Shown: positions 11,342 to 23,715, counted from the stretch's first letter. The stretch: DNA of 64,000 nt from Vicugna vicugna (GCA_013265495.1 MU063886.1:1116001-1180000); one strand, 5' to 3'. Notes: a model not told the origin generated them from the letters alone. Numbers and translations are program-made.

Positions 11342-12569
11342 GTCTGTGGAGGCCACGCCTGCCGTGTCTGAAGCCAGGACGGGGGCCCAAGCCTAGACCG
11401 TCCCCTGGTGGGGCTGGGTAGGGAAACCAAGGGCTGGACTGTCTGCCTGGCATGGCTCGAGGGCCTCAAAGCTGAGCTGGACCAGATGCTTTGCCAGGCA
11501 GCCACCCAAACCTCAAATAAGGGGAACGTCACACCCTCAGCCTACGAAAGCCCTTGACAGCTGGCTGGGAGAGGAGTAACTCCTGGCCCAGGTCACGTGT
11601 CTTCCCTCGCATCAGTCTGAGTCCTGCACTGGGGGCGGCTGCACTGCACTGGGGGTGAAGGAGCCCCCCCGCCCCGGGACCTGCACAGCGGGCTCCGACA
11701 TCTCTGTCTCCATGGGGGGGCCTCAGAAACCAGGCTCTCTGACCTGACAACTGACGTGACGGAGCTGCCGGCAAATGCGGATGGAACACAGTTTAGGGCT
11801 ATAAGGTGCGTTTGACAGAGGACGTCTCCCTAGTCGTGCCCTCACTAGGATTAGGGTGAGGAGTGATGCTCGAGAGAATGTTTGCTCCCAGAGGATAATG
11901 AATGATTTAGCAACACAGTAGTTCTGTCTGGAGGCAGGGAAAGGGAGTGAGGATGCTAATGAATGAATGAATGAACTGATAACTTCTGGGTGTCTGAGGA
12001 CAGGGTGACGGGGGCCTCAGATGAAAAGGGGATAATCATCTAGAAATCTTACATTGAATACACCAGTGACCACAACGCCACACGCATCGTGACAGCACAT
12101 CCACCACCATCAAAAAGAAAGTTACACGTTTTAGAGTAATGACAGCAGTCACACCTCGTGCGCACAAAAAGCTGTACTTGGAGACAGGGAGTTCTAAGTA
12201 AATAATTGATGACTCTTTCTGCAAATGCACAAAGAATTTTTTTTTTGCATCATGAATAAATGAGCAACCTTTTATTTATCCAGCGAGACCTCCTTGAGCA
12301 CACACCCTGAACATCATTCTTGTATCACTGTGTTCACTTCAAGGCTAACCAGCTGTTTGCTGCGTGCTCTGGGGGACAGGGGAACGGTTCCTGCAAGTGA
12401 ACACAGCAGGTACGTCAGCCACAGGCACTGCCAGGGCCTTGATTTGAGGATATTTTATGGTGTTTTCTTGAACTGTGCACAAAGAAAAATGGAATATTGT
12501 TTTCTAGATGGGTTTTCTATATCTGCATTGGGAGCAGTAGTGTCTTGTGAAAGTCTCACTTTGTACGTG

Positions 12570-12700
12570 GGTTGCAAATGCAGGACTCAAGAAATTCATC
12601 AAAATCAACCAAGGTGATGTGCACATTAATAGAATGGAGGGAAAACAAACGATCTTCTCAACTGATGCAGAAAAACCATTTGACAAAATGCAACATCTCT
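12570..12700 (+). mobile_element. Isolated L1 ORF2 (RT-proximal) fragment
   Basis: aaatcaaccaaggtgatgtgcacattaatagaatg...actgatgcagaaaaaccatttgacaaaatgcaacatc corresponds to the L1 ORF2 motif KSINVIHHINR...SIDAEKAFDKIQHP. Confidence 0.65.
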
Positions 12701-13479
12701 TCTTGGTATCTGTTGGATTCAACTGAAAGTCAGAGAGTTAATCTGAGGCACAGAAGCAGAATTCTGGGAGCCCCTCGGATGAACGCAGAAGCTTTTCCAC
12801 CCATAACAGAGACACTGTGGAGGCATTAGAAACCATCTGTTGACTGTTTCTGGAGACTCTTTTTAAGGAAGCGTGTTGGTACAATGTGCTGCCACCTCCT
12901 CCTATGGCAGGTCTGGTTTCCGCCCAGTTTCGGCTGGTTTCACGCACTGGAGTCCTTCTGCATCCTCAGTCACTAGGCCTCGTGGGGATGCTCCACCTGC
13001 TTTTTACGTCTAGTCTAGGCCTGCAGGCTGAGGCTTTGGGACAGCGTGAGATGCCAGCAAACCAGAAAGCCATACAGCCGAGGGGCTGTGAGGCCACCTT
13101 GCTCCACAGGGGCTCCTTCCCCTGGATCCAGTGGACCCGCTCCAGGCACAGCCCCCCACAGAACATGCAGAGAAAAGGACAACTCAGAACAGGCTTGCCT
13201 TAATTCGGCTATTTGTGTCGCCTCGTCTTCTGGACTCCAAGGGTTCCATGGCCATTTAGCCCTATTTCAAACGCTCCCTGTCTTCAGACGATGGCTGAGC
13301 CCTCACCCTTTCATAACCCTGGCTTGTCACTTTCTTTCAAAGGCCCTGGCTGGTAGACTCAAATTTCACAGAGTCTGTTAAGCCCGCTCACTGCATTTGG
13401 GGGGGATGTATTAGCAGGGGGGAAAAGGTCACACCTTCCATTTGCTTTGCTTTACTCAGCTAATAGGAAAGGGAACCTG

Positions 13480-13930
13480 CGCGCATTAAGAAGCATTAGG
13501 CATTCGTCTAGTTTCTTTAATCATCGTTGGAGAGACCGGGGAGCTGTGAATCCAGACCGCGAACACGAGGGGCCCTGCAGGAGCGGGAGCGCACCGCCCC
13601 GGGGGAGTGGCCTGGCGGGGCGGGGGTGTGTGTTGGCTTGTGGGTTTGGCTTGTTCGCCGGGTTGCGCTGCCACCTTTGTTCCATGGCAGCCCTTCCAGT
13701 GTGGTGCTGCCAGCTGCCTGGCCTCAGCTGCTGGTGACTCTATCTGCAAGGGTTGGGTTCTGCACCCCCAGAAATCGAGGCACAGAGGCAGGAAACCCCC
13801 GTGTCCCTCAGCCCCAGGACCTCAGCGCCTGGGGCTCCGCAGGCCCGGCGGTCAGCTGCCCCCACTGCACGTCGTCCGCTCACTCAGCGGGTGCACGCGG
13901 AGCGCCAGCCGCGGGCGGGGCGCCACGTTC
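13480..13930. promoter_or_regulatory. CpG-rich, GC-box-containing candidate promoter/enhancer (small CpG-island-like)
   Basis: Locally high GC and CpG density, with GC boxes GGGGCGGGGG (~13617) and GGGCGGGG (~13913) in apparently unique sequence. An AT-rich segment with TAAT/ATTA cores lies directly to its left. Confidence 0.4.
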
Positions 13931-16090
13931 TCCCCTTTGCTGCTGAGCCTTGTGACGCTTGGGTTCAAGCCTCCGTTTACCTTGGACAGTCCTTAGAAGA
14001 CTGGGTTTCTCCTCTCTGGAGACCCTACAATGTGTTACTACTCTTCTTACAAAACAGTACCCAAAACTTCGTGAGGCCTGGGTCTGAGGACTCATCACTC
14101 AAAGTTCAACGACGCTTTGACCTTCTTTCTGAGGCAATGGCATCCGTTGTGGAAGGGTCCCAGCCCCACCCCCAACACTTGACTGAGCCACATTGATCGG
14201 CTTCTCTGAGGCTCCCATGAATACTGGAGGTTGTGAAATCAACCTAGGGGGTAATGAGAACAAAGCCAGAACACGGAGGCGAAGTGTCAAGTGTGTTTTA
14301 CGCTTAGTAGGTGCCAACAGATGTCGTGTGCCATCACCTCCTACTCTGTGAGGGTCCGGTGGCGCCTCTCCCTCTCTCCCTCCCTCCCTCCGAGCCCAAG
14401 GGCCAGCTTCCTCCTCCTCTTGTCAGGAAGGAAAGCTCCCTAGTACGTCACGTGCCAGCAGGTGCGGGTCTGCCTGGGCGCAGCTGGGATGCTCTGTGAC
14501 GCCACCTAAGAGCAGAGGTCACTGTGCCTCAGTGGCGGAGGAGGTGATGGCAAAATCCACCCACGACGGCCCACGCAGCATGAGGCACAGGGCAGGAAAG
14601 CGGGTGCTTTCCATTTCTCTGCTGTTCTCAGAGCACGATGGGTGGTTATCTTCTGCAAACCCCCGGGGAAGCAGGGCAAGTGGCAGACTCGAGTCAGGCT
14701 GAAGTGAGGGAGGCAGGAGCTGATGAGATTCTAGACACAGAGCCTCTCTAGTGACTCCCAGAAAGACCCAGAAGAGGGGAGGGGGTGGAGTCATGCCTTC
14801 GGGGTGGTGGGGGCTGCCACGCTGCCACCTACCGGCCCCTAAAGTCTCGTGATCTCAGGCCTCCATCAACAGGGACACTGTTGACTATCTTTCTCGTATT
14901 TACCACCAGGGTCTCACTTTCTTGCCTGTAAAGCTCGTACTGGAAAGTGAATTTCCCAAACCACGTGCCAGAGTCCTCTTTACAGTGAAGAAGACATACG
15001 ACGGCCCCCAGTTGCATTGATTTATTAATATTTATACACGAATGCACACATACACACACGTAATTTTAAGACATTAAAAAATTAGATTTCCTATGAAAAA
15101 TGGGACTTGAGTTTGCCTTTAAAACTCCAAGTATCTGGCCGCGGAGGGCTACTGACCGCCACCACCCCTGTTGCAGACAGAAGCCGCCTACCTTTTACGG
15201 GGATGCCCTCAGCGCCTCCCTGTGCCCACCTCTCCCACTGGGGCTATGTCTGTTACCTGCATCATCGACCACGTCCCTGCAGTTATTCAGTCTGGGTTTC
15301 TTATTGAAGGCTTTCCTTTATTCCTTTCTTTCCAATGTAAGTTACACACAAGCTGTCGACTCTATGCCTCTTGGATCCCGTGTCACCTCTCCAGTTTCTA
15401 TGGGACTTTTGCGGCTTGGGTGAAAGGGGAGGGAGCTTCTTGCACTCGCGTCTGTTGTTTCCTTTGTGAAAACAACCCTTCTAGGTCTGTCTCATGCCCA
15501 CAAAACTGATTTGCGCCACAAAGGAAAGGCTTGAAGACCTCAAGCTTCGTTTGGTGTTTCTGTAGGATGACACAGGGTCTCACAGCCTGACCCAGGGCCT
15601 TCCACTGGGAGCTGGAGACCAGCAGGAGTTTTCACCCAGTGGGTAACGGAAGCCCCTGTAAGCTGGCTGAGAAAACGCGGCCGAACACCCCCTGGGCTGA
15701 GCACGTATGAAACAGTCTCAGGCAGGATGAGAGGAGTGGCAGGAACAGTCACGGAGGCTAACGCGCTGCCTCCCAGGAGGACGGCGCAAGCTGAGAGGGC
15801 GACGGCACACCTCTGGACTGGAATGATCTTGAATGTGGAACATTTCGAAAGGTCGCTGTCATTAACACAGCATCATCTTTTCCATGAGTCTCATGTTAGA
15901 CGGTAAAGTTCTCATTCACAAGTGCAATACCACAGAAACGTATCTTTGAAATTTATTATATTATATATCAAACTGATGATGAGAGCCAAACAAAAATCAC
16001 CCCACAATCACAACCCTCAGTGCATTTTAAATGCAGTTATGGAAACAGACGGAAAATGGCCAGCTCTGCTCGGCACAAGGACTTTCAAAT

Positions 16091-16116
16091 CACACACACA
16101 CACACACACACACACA
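16091..16116. repeat. (CA)13 microsatellite
   Basis: Directly visible. Confidence 0.95.
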
Positions 16117-16758
16117 AATCACAGCTCTCTGTTTCACCGAGCACCCTTCCTAATGTATCAAAAGCCACACAAAATTTAAACAATAGACTCAATCATCTAG
16201 CAAATTTGATTTGGAGGGAGAGGTTTTCCATTAGATCGTTGGGGGGACATTCAGCCAGAGAAAACCCCCATTCTCTAGACTCAAAACCCAGACAGTGTGT
16301 CGTTGACAAGACATTCAAACAGCAGGTTATTATAAACAACATCAAGGAGCGCAGAACCAAACACTGAAGGACTTCCTGGAAGTCAGAACAACAACACAGT
16401 CAAAGATGCAACGTGTGAAACAGTCAATCTTCAGAAGCAGAACTGAGCGGCAAAGCCTCAGGAGGCTGTTCCCACTTGGGTCTGATTGGGCGCTTTTCCA
16501 CGTATCATCAGGGTCTCAGAACAATTTACTCCAGATAGGTTTAGAAGAGGCAGCTCTGGTAAGCATCACACCAACTCTATGAGCCAAAGCCTTCCGGGGA
16601 CAGAATATGCCCGGGGACCCGCTCCAGGCCCCTCGCAACCCTGTGACGACTTCATGACTCACTTTGCCGCGGCCCCGTCTCTTGGTCTGTGTAATACTGG
16701 TGACCACAGTCAGACCCCTGTTCTCCACCTCCTACTTCTGGACTTCTGCCGTGCTGAG

Positions 16759-16776
16759 CAGCAGCAGCAGCAGCAG
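16759..16776. repeat. (CAG)6 / (CTG)6 trinucleotide repeat
   Basis: Directly visible, abutting a minus-strand GTAAGT donor. Confidence 0.93.
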
Positions 16777-16783
16777 CACTTAC

Positions 16784-16851
16784 GGTAGTGACAGCGGTGC
16801 TGGCAGTCGCAGACGGCAGCAGCTCTTGAACAATACATGATATGACCACTG
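16784..16851 (-). other. Candidate exon (68 or 65 nt; NAGNAG acceptor), likely 5' UTR/non-coding
   Basis: Acceptor TTTTATTTTTAATTCCGTAG|CAG| and donor ACC|GTAAGT. Confidence 0.3.
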
Positions 16852-18428
16852 CTACGGAATTAAAAATAAAACCCAAAAGACAAAAGAAGGGGAGGTGGAC
16901 ACGCTTTACTGTGTCTCGGCTCAGAGGGGTGGGGTTCCCAGGGAGAGGAATGGGACAGGTCTTCTAAACCCCCAGGGATGAAAACCATCTCTGTCCCAGG
17001 CCCGGGAAGTGAGCCTGGGGGCGCTGCCCCTTGGCTGGGGGCTCCGGGCTGGCAGGGAGGTGAGCACGCGTGTGAACGTGGAGCCCACCCCTCGGGACAG
17101 GGAATGCTGGTACTCCCAGTAGAAGTAAAAAGGGTTTTGTTTGATGAGAACTGTGGTGGGTGGATGTATGCAGTTAAATGCAGAAGCCAGGCGAGCTGTT
17201 TTGAACGTTAACACTATACAATTTTCTCTCTGGGAGAGAGACAGAAATTCAGAGATGGAGAAGAGGAGACAGAAGCCAGCAAAGGGGGAGACCTCTTTCT
17301 GTAGTATCTCCCTGCGACCCTCCAAACCTCAGTAAGATTAAAAAAGCAGTCAGATGCTTCATGGGAACAGAAGCTGTGTGAGATGCAGTCAAAGTTGTGC
17401 TGGGAAAGGGGACTGCACTGGTTGTATGTTCCTGTGAGATGTGGCCACACAGGGCAGCTCCTGGACTTAGGTGATGAAGTGCTGTTTCCTTTTGGTGGGG
17501 GGGGGGCAGGCCTGCATTACCTGCCCCGCAATTAGGTTACCAGCAAAAGCTGCAGGGAAGGTGACTGGGGAGAGGCCCCCTTCGTCTAGAGGAGTTTGCT
17601 TTGGCAAGTTACTCAGCTAGGATGGAAAATAGCCACGGGCCGAGGGGCTGCGAGAGCCTTTAATTATTGTTTCTGACGTTGACCTCTGAGCTCCAGAAGG
17701 CATCCCAGAGGAAATCAGGCTCCCAGGTCAGCTCAGTTGCCTTTTTGAGCCTTGACAATTTAAGTGATCACTCCAGTTTGCATGCCACAAATCACAGATG
17801 AAACAGAAGCAGAAAGAAGTTTTTGTCAATGTTTTTCTAAGAGTGAGTCCTCATGGTTTGAGGACAGGAACAAATCAAGGTCTCACTTAAGCCAGCTGGG
17901 TCAGAGCCCTGCCCAAAGGAAGCCCTCCTGTGTCTGCTGCCCCTTTAAAAGGAAGACCTTGATTTCTTTTTTCTTTTTTGATCAAAACAATCTGATGGCT
18001 CATGAACAAAAGTACAAGCCCAAGGAAGGACTGATTACTTGGAAAGAGGTAAATGTGAATTTAGGAAAAACAAAGTCTGACTGCTACCTGGCGAAGGGAA
18101 GTGAGTGGGAGCCGAGGCAGACAGTGAGCTCCTCCCTCAGGAACGAGGTCGCACATCACAGCCGGCCAGGCTCAGCAAGAAGCAGAGCGGTCCCCAATGG
18201 GGCAGAAGAAACAGGTGCCACTGGGGCCGGATGCCTCAGAGGAGGGTGAGAACTAGCATCCCTTCCCAGGCTGGAAAAAAAATGCAAAGGAGGACATTTG
18301 GGGGACCACTGGGGAAACAGGACTATCAACTCCATGGATTAAAAGACAATGTTAAATTTCTTAAGAATGGTTTCTGTTGTGATTATGTAGGAAAATCTGA
18401 GCGTTTTAAATAGCTGGATACTGAAATG

Positions 18429-18464
18429 CTTAAGAGTTAAATTTTAACTTGTTTAACTCTTAAG
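18429..18464. repeat. Perfect 13-bp inverted repeat with 10-nt spacer
   Basis: CTTAAGAGTTAAA (18429-18441) and TTTAACTCTTAAG (18452-18464) are exact reverse complements. Confidence 0.92.
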
Positions 18465-18994
18465 TAAGTTTAAAAAATTCTACATATGTAAATGTACTAT
18501 AATATGATATAATGCAAAGTAACGTAATATAGGCTAATACAATATACACACACATATGCGTAGCCACACCTATGCAGAGTGAGAACTAACCCAGGAACTC
18601 AAGCGCTTCCCTTCCAGAATTAAAATATACATGAAATGTTGGGAGACGGCTCATAGGAAAGAAATTAATAGAGTTAAAATTAAAGGAAAAAAAGATCTAC
18701 TCCCTTAGGTTCAAATCTACACAAAAGATATTCTGCTATTTGTGAGGTTTACAGAATTTAAATTTTTCTCCTTGTTTTTAATCATATTATTCTACACTTG
18801 GGCCAGCAGTAAACATCTTAAAAATAAAACTGTAATGGGATTCTTAGATACTTGATTCAGGCAACAAAGCTCAAGACCAGTTCTGATTCGCTGTAGAGTA
18901 CGAGATTATGAACTAGCCAAAAAGACCTGGTAAGAAAGCAATGAGGTTATTTCCAAAAAAGCCAGGCAAACTCAAAGGGAAAGGACAATCCCTA

Positions 18995-19025
18995 TGTGTG
19001 TGTGTGTGTGTGCGTGTGTGTGTGT
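18995..19025. repeat. Interrupted (TG)n microsatellite
   Basis: Directly visible. Confidence 0.92.
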
Positions 19026-19119
19026 ATTCAAAAGGTAGATGAAGCAATATTTGTTAAAGTTCCTGCTACATTTACCTCACACGCTTATTTTAACCTTGGA
19101 ACAGCCATGCAAATTGGGC

Positions 19120-19210
19120 TTTATTATATTCAGCTCACGTACAGGAAACTTAGGCTCAGAGAGGTCAGGTAACAACTCTTGTGTTTAAGAGCCAGGATTC
19201 GAAGCTAGGA
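19120..19210 (-). mobile_element. MIR SINE fragment
   Basis: acaggaaacttaggctcagagaggtcaggtaac...gccaggattcgaagctagg matches the MIR core in antisense. Confidence 0.7.
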
Positions 19211-19554
19211 TTGTGCTCTTGTCAGTGTACAGACTCAACATCAAAGCCATTATCCAAAGGCCTGTAATTCAGTCTCTCAAGGGGCATTTGAGTCACTCAA
19301 GTGATGGGAGCACCGAGGGGCACAGTGGAGCCTGCTCCTGTGCTCGGGCACCTGTTTGTATGGGAGGAGTCCTGGCTACTCAGGGATGGCTGTTGGCTTT
19401 TTCTCTTTCCCCATAAGAGTCTCCATTCTTTTAACAAAGAAAGAAAATGTATCTGGTAAACAATTCTAATAGAAAAAGCAAAGAGGACACAGCCTTCCTC
19501 CCTCAGGTCCTAAAACATATTCACAGTTGTCTTTTCAACCAGGCATCACTAGTT

Positions 19555-19672
19555 TTTTTTTTGTAAATGAAGTTTTATTGGGACACAGCCACACCCATCT
19601 GCATGCTACGGCACGTGGCTGCTCTCATGAGACGTGGCAGAGCTGAGTACTTCTAACAGACTATCGCCCACT
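19555..19672 (-). mobile_element. MER58-family hAT-Charlie MITE fragment
   Basis: ttgtaaatgaagttttattgggacacagccacaccc...ggctgctctc...ggcagagctgagtact matches MER58A in antisense. Confidence 0.75.
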
Positions 19673-19685
19673 CTCCCTTTACAGA

Positions 19686-19745
19686 GAAGTACTTACTGTC
19701 TCTCAAACTACAGCTGCCTCACCTGTGAAATGAGAACAGAAGTCT
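19686..19745 (+). mobile_element. MIR SINE fragment
   Basis: aagtacttactgtctctc...cctcacctgtgaaatgaga resembles the MIR core. It supplies minus-strand donor-like sites. Confidence 0.55.
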
Positions 19746-19754
19746 TTTTCACAG

Positions 19755-20260
19755 TGTTCCTGAGTCTAAACTCGTTTTACTCTCCGCACACCAGGAGACA
19801 AGGTGCTGGGGCAAGGAATAACAACTTTATTCAGAGAGCCTGAAGGATGAGAAGATGGCAGACTAATGTCTTGGAGAACCATCTTATCCAAGTCAGCATT
19901 CAGGCTCCTTTTATACTACAAAGGGCAGGGGGTGTGGTTGGTTGTTGCAAACTTCCTGGTGTCGGAATCCTTTGTCCTTGCAGCTGTCCACGGAGGTCAG
20001 GTCATGCTGTTCCTGTAAACCTCCAACAAGACAAGTGATACTCTCTCTTCTGCAACTTTTCATCTTTAGCTGCATGGCAAAGTGTTAGAGCCCACAGGTC
20101 AGAGCCTTGAGGATGGGCTCTCCTGTCCATTGCAGGCTCCAGGCAACATTCTTCTACAAAAGGTGCAGAACCAGCGTGACTGCGCCCAGGAAGCAGAGCA
20201 GAGGGTTCGAGCCAAAGGAACGGATCTATCATGGACTCAGATTTGCTCTTCCCTATTACA
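19755..20260 (-). mobile_element. Solo ERV1-class LTR (cetartiodactyl family), full length, TSD ACAG
   Basis: TG...CA termini with ACAG immediately on both sides (19751-19754, 20261-20264). Minus-strand TATAAAA at 19915-19909 and AATAAA at 19831-19826. Homologous to 45033-45462. Confidence 0.9.
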
Positions 20261-21518
20261 ACAGGAGCACGCTGAGATTGTTTGGAAAGGACGAAACTTT
20301 TTTCCTGAAATTATCAGGCCACTTCTCTCTTTTCTTGGCAAGGAAACTTTATTCAAAATTTCATAGGTTACTGGATGCCCAAAGCAAAGCTGCCCTTGGA
20401 TGGCAGGGTCCCTGCTGCTGGCTCAGGGCCGGGGGACGGGACTCGGCCACCCACACGCCCTCAGTCAGCGGGCCAGATAAGAGGTGTTCCTGGCTGCCTG
20501 GGTGTCTTGGGAGGATGGCCGTGGACGGACTTTCCTATTTTTTGTTCAGAGCTGTCTTCTGAGGGAGCGAAGGGAGCTGTTTGGTCAGTGGTTGTGTGCA
20601 CGCTTTTTTTTTTTTTTTATTTCTGGGCAAATATTGATTTTTCTTGCTGGATCACTAAACTCCCGAGAAAAACTCTCCATTTCATAAGAGACCATTTGGA
20701 AGAGAGTAAATACTAGCCATATTCATAAATACCAGGTGAAATAAATGTTGTGCATGCTTGGGCTTGAGTGATGGAGTAACTGCTGTTATGATGTGGAAAA
20801 GTGATCAGGGCAGAATCATGGCAACTGAAAGGAAAATGCCATTAGAAGTTTCCCAGCAAAGTCCCCAAGAGAGGGGTGTTGGCAGCCCATTTTTCAAGTT
20901 GGCCCTTTAGTTGAGGATCATTCAGCCTGTCACCCAATCTTTTTGGTCTGATGCACAAATGGGACTAGCTAGATACACCTCTTCCTGCAGGACATTGGGG
21001 ACATTTGCGTTAACACTAACAATGCACTGACAAACGTCATTAGGATGCAGTATTCACTAGGCATTTATTGCCTGGATGTTTTAAGACACAGGAAGAGGAA
21101 GATGCTCTCCACGGGTGACAGGAGGGAAGAAAAAGGATGGAGGAGACGGAAGCAGAATGCTTTTCTGAGTCCTGATCTTGGGGAGGATTTCTTCCAAATT
21201 ATAGGGGCTTTAGGAATGCAGCTAAAGACTGGCTTCTTTAATTTGCTGGGAGAGAACGCCTGCATTTTGAGAACAAATAAAACCAAATGTAGGCTCCAAA
21301 TCAGAATAAATCAAGAAATGCATCTCAAGGAGAAGCCCCTGGGGGTTGACTACAATCGGGTCGCTTCACCCACTGGCAGAAAATCTGGAGCTGTTCCCTG
21401 ATAAGTCCCCCAGATCGCTGCAGAGGTTAATTCATTCCTGATGCCGCTTCGTGGAAAAGGAGACGATTATCCACTGTGTCCCGCCACGGGCCTGGCTTCC
21501 GCAGGCCCGGCCGCTCAC

Positions 21519-21637
21519 CTCGCCACCCGGCTAGGCGAGGAGCCCTGGTGGGAACCCCAGATCCTCCCACCAAGCACAGAACTCCCGCTGGGCTTGCTGG
21601 GCTGTCTGAGCTCCTGCTAACTGATGGTAGCTCTGAC
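21519..21637 (-). other. Candidate exon (119 nt) in a CpG-rich patch
   Basis: Acceptor CCTCTTAACTCACAG| (with branch-like CTTAAC) and donor GAG|GTGAGC. Confidence 0.22.
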
Positions 21638-21956
21638 CTGTGAGTTAAGAGGCACTGCCCTTCGAATTTATTTTGGTCTTCATGCCATCTATTAAGGCAC
21701 TTAAGCGTTGGCCTCCCACATAGAACACTCCGATTCTTAAAAACAAACTTTTAGGTCAAAAATGACAGGGCTAATTATTCTGAAACACACTGTTTATGGC
21801 GCAAACTCCATAAAACAGAATACGTGATTTAACACACTATCCAAGGCAGTGCTGGTTTTCATTTCGGCACAATCAAGGCCTAAATCTATGTCACTAACTC
21901 CCCTGTGTGTGATGGAAACGGTTTTATGTTCCATCTTACTTTAAATTACACACATC

Positions 21957-22112
21957 NNNNNNNNNNNNNNNNNNNNNNNNNNNNNNNNNNNNNNNNNNNN
22001 NNNNNNNNNNNNNNNNNNNNNNNNNNNNNNNNNNNNNNNNNNNNNNNNNNNNNNNNNNNNNNNNNNNNNNNNNNNNNNNNNNNNNNNNNNNNNNNNNNNN
22101 NNNNNNNNNNNN
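21957..22112. other. N-run (156 nt), flanked by CA-rich sequence
   Basis: Directly visible. The flanks acacacatc / ctcacacac suggest a hidden simple repeat. Confidence 0.95.
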
Positions 22113-23356
22113 CTCACACACTCATTTGTTCGGGAGTCCAGTTAACTTCCTCTCTGATGATCTACCTCCCAAAAATAATGCTAAGAAGAAGCTGGTTTTC
22201 ATAAGCTACAGAGGCCTGGGCTGGTCACCATCTGCCCTCCTGTTCTGAGTCTGGGGTCAAAAGTTTGACTCGGCTTCAACGTGCAGCCTTTTGTTAAAAG
22301 AAAAATCTCACGTACCATTGATGTTCTTTGTCTTTAGGGGCCAAATGAACGAAATGAAATAACAACTCTAAGTTTGCGAGAATCACCTTGGTATTCAGAC
22401 ACAGTTTTAGACAGGGTTAGAGATGAAAATGTGAGTAGGAAACAGCCAAGGTGAGGACAGAGTTTCCCAAGAATCATACTCAGAGGGTGCAAAGGGGCAT
22501 TTGGAGGTGATTTGATCAATAATTCAGATGTTGACAGTGCTGCAGATTTTTACACATTGTGTATTTTTGCATATTGGTTTGGAAGTCTAAGTTCTATTTA
22601 AAAGCAACCCTAACGTGCCACGCCTACCACAGCTCAGTCAAGAGCAAATCCTAGAATGCACTGGTGGTACCCACCTCACAGCTGCCTCCTGGGATTAGAG
22701 TCTCTGATGTAGAAAGATGTCCACGCGACCCTAAGATTTTTTTTAAAAAGCAGTGTCCTGCCTTTTTCACAGCATAGCACAAAAAAGATGGAGAAGAATG
22801 GCTGCTGAATCCCCTGGCTAATACAGACCTAGTCAAGGTGACAAAGGAGAGGGAAATACTGATGGCTTTCCTTTCAAGATGTCTTGGGGGGACACGGTGA
22901 TAGGAAAGCTGAGCAAGTTTACGAAAGTCAGTTCTATTTCCTCCTTCACCAAATACTAGTTTGTCTGTCTCTTGGTCTCAGGCTATTAGTGGTGGTGAAT
23001 GTTGTATTCTTTTTCTTTGTCTTCATGGGTCTTTAAATAAAAAGTTACCGGCGTGGCAGCCAGTTGCCATTTTGAACTGGAAATTCAGAATGCTCGTTTC
23101 ACAGTATCATGTTGATTTCATCTGGAAGTCTGTGTGCTAAATAGATCCTTTGGTGCTGCGACTATCTAGACAAAAACATGGTGCAATTTATCTTTTGAAG
23201 GTGTCGAGTGAGTCATGAGACAGAAGCATGGAAAATGCAAAAATCCATGGTTCCTAGCAAGACAGCAAGCATTTTCTTACCCTAATTGAAAATATGGGGA
23301 AAAAAAGTTTTTCCGTGCACCAAACAGGCTTAGGGCATTTGTGTGTGTGTCTGCAG

Positions 23357-23545
23357 TGTGCGGACGACAGAGATCGTGAAGCAAATGCTGTGCCTCCATG
23401 GGCTGGGGATTTCTGGCTTCAGGAAACAACCTTTTCCGTCTGCTTTATCGCGCAGCAGAAGTCTGCTAAAATAATCCCTGCGCTGAACTCCTTCGTGCAC
23501 TGCTGACTGGGGGCCCCCTGCTTTCCTGTCCTCTCCTCACACAAG
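23357..23545 (+). other. Weak candidate plus-strand exon (189 nt, non-coding)
   Basis: (GT)n-TCTGCAG| acceptor and AAG|GTGAGC donor. All three frames contain stops. Confidence 0.13.
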
Positions 23546-23715
23546 GTGAGCGGATGATAATATCTGAGCAAGTGCAGACGTGGCTCATGGTCATGCCTTG
23601 CTTCATGTGGTCCACACGGAAGATAGTTTGAGCCAGATCCTGATCATAATTTGAATTCACTATGTTCAGGACCATTAGGGAATTTTTTTCTACTTTAAGT
23701 CTTTGTCAGCCAGAT

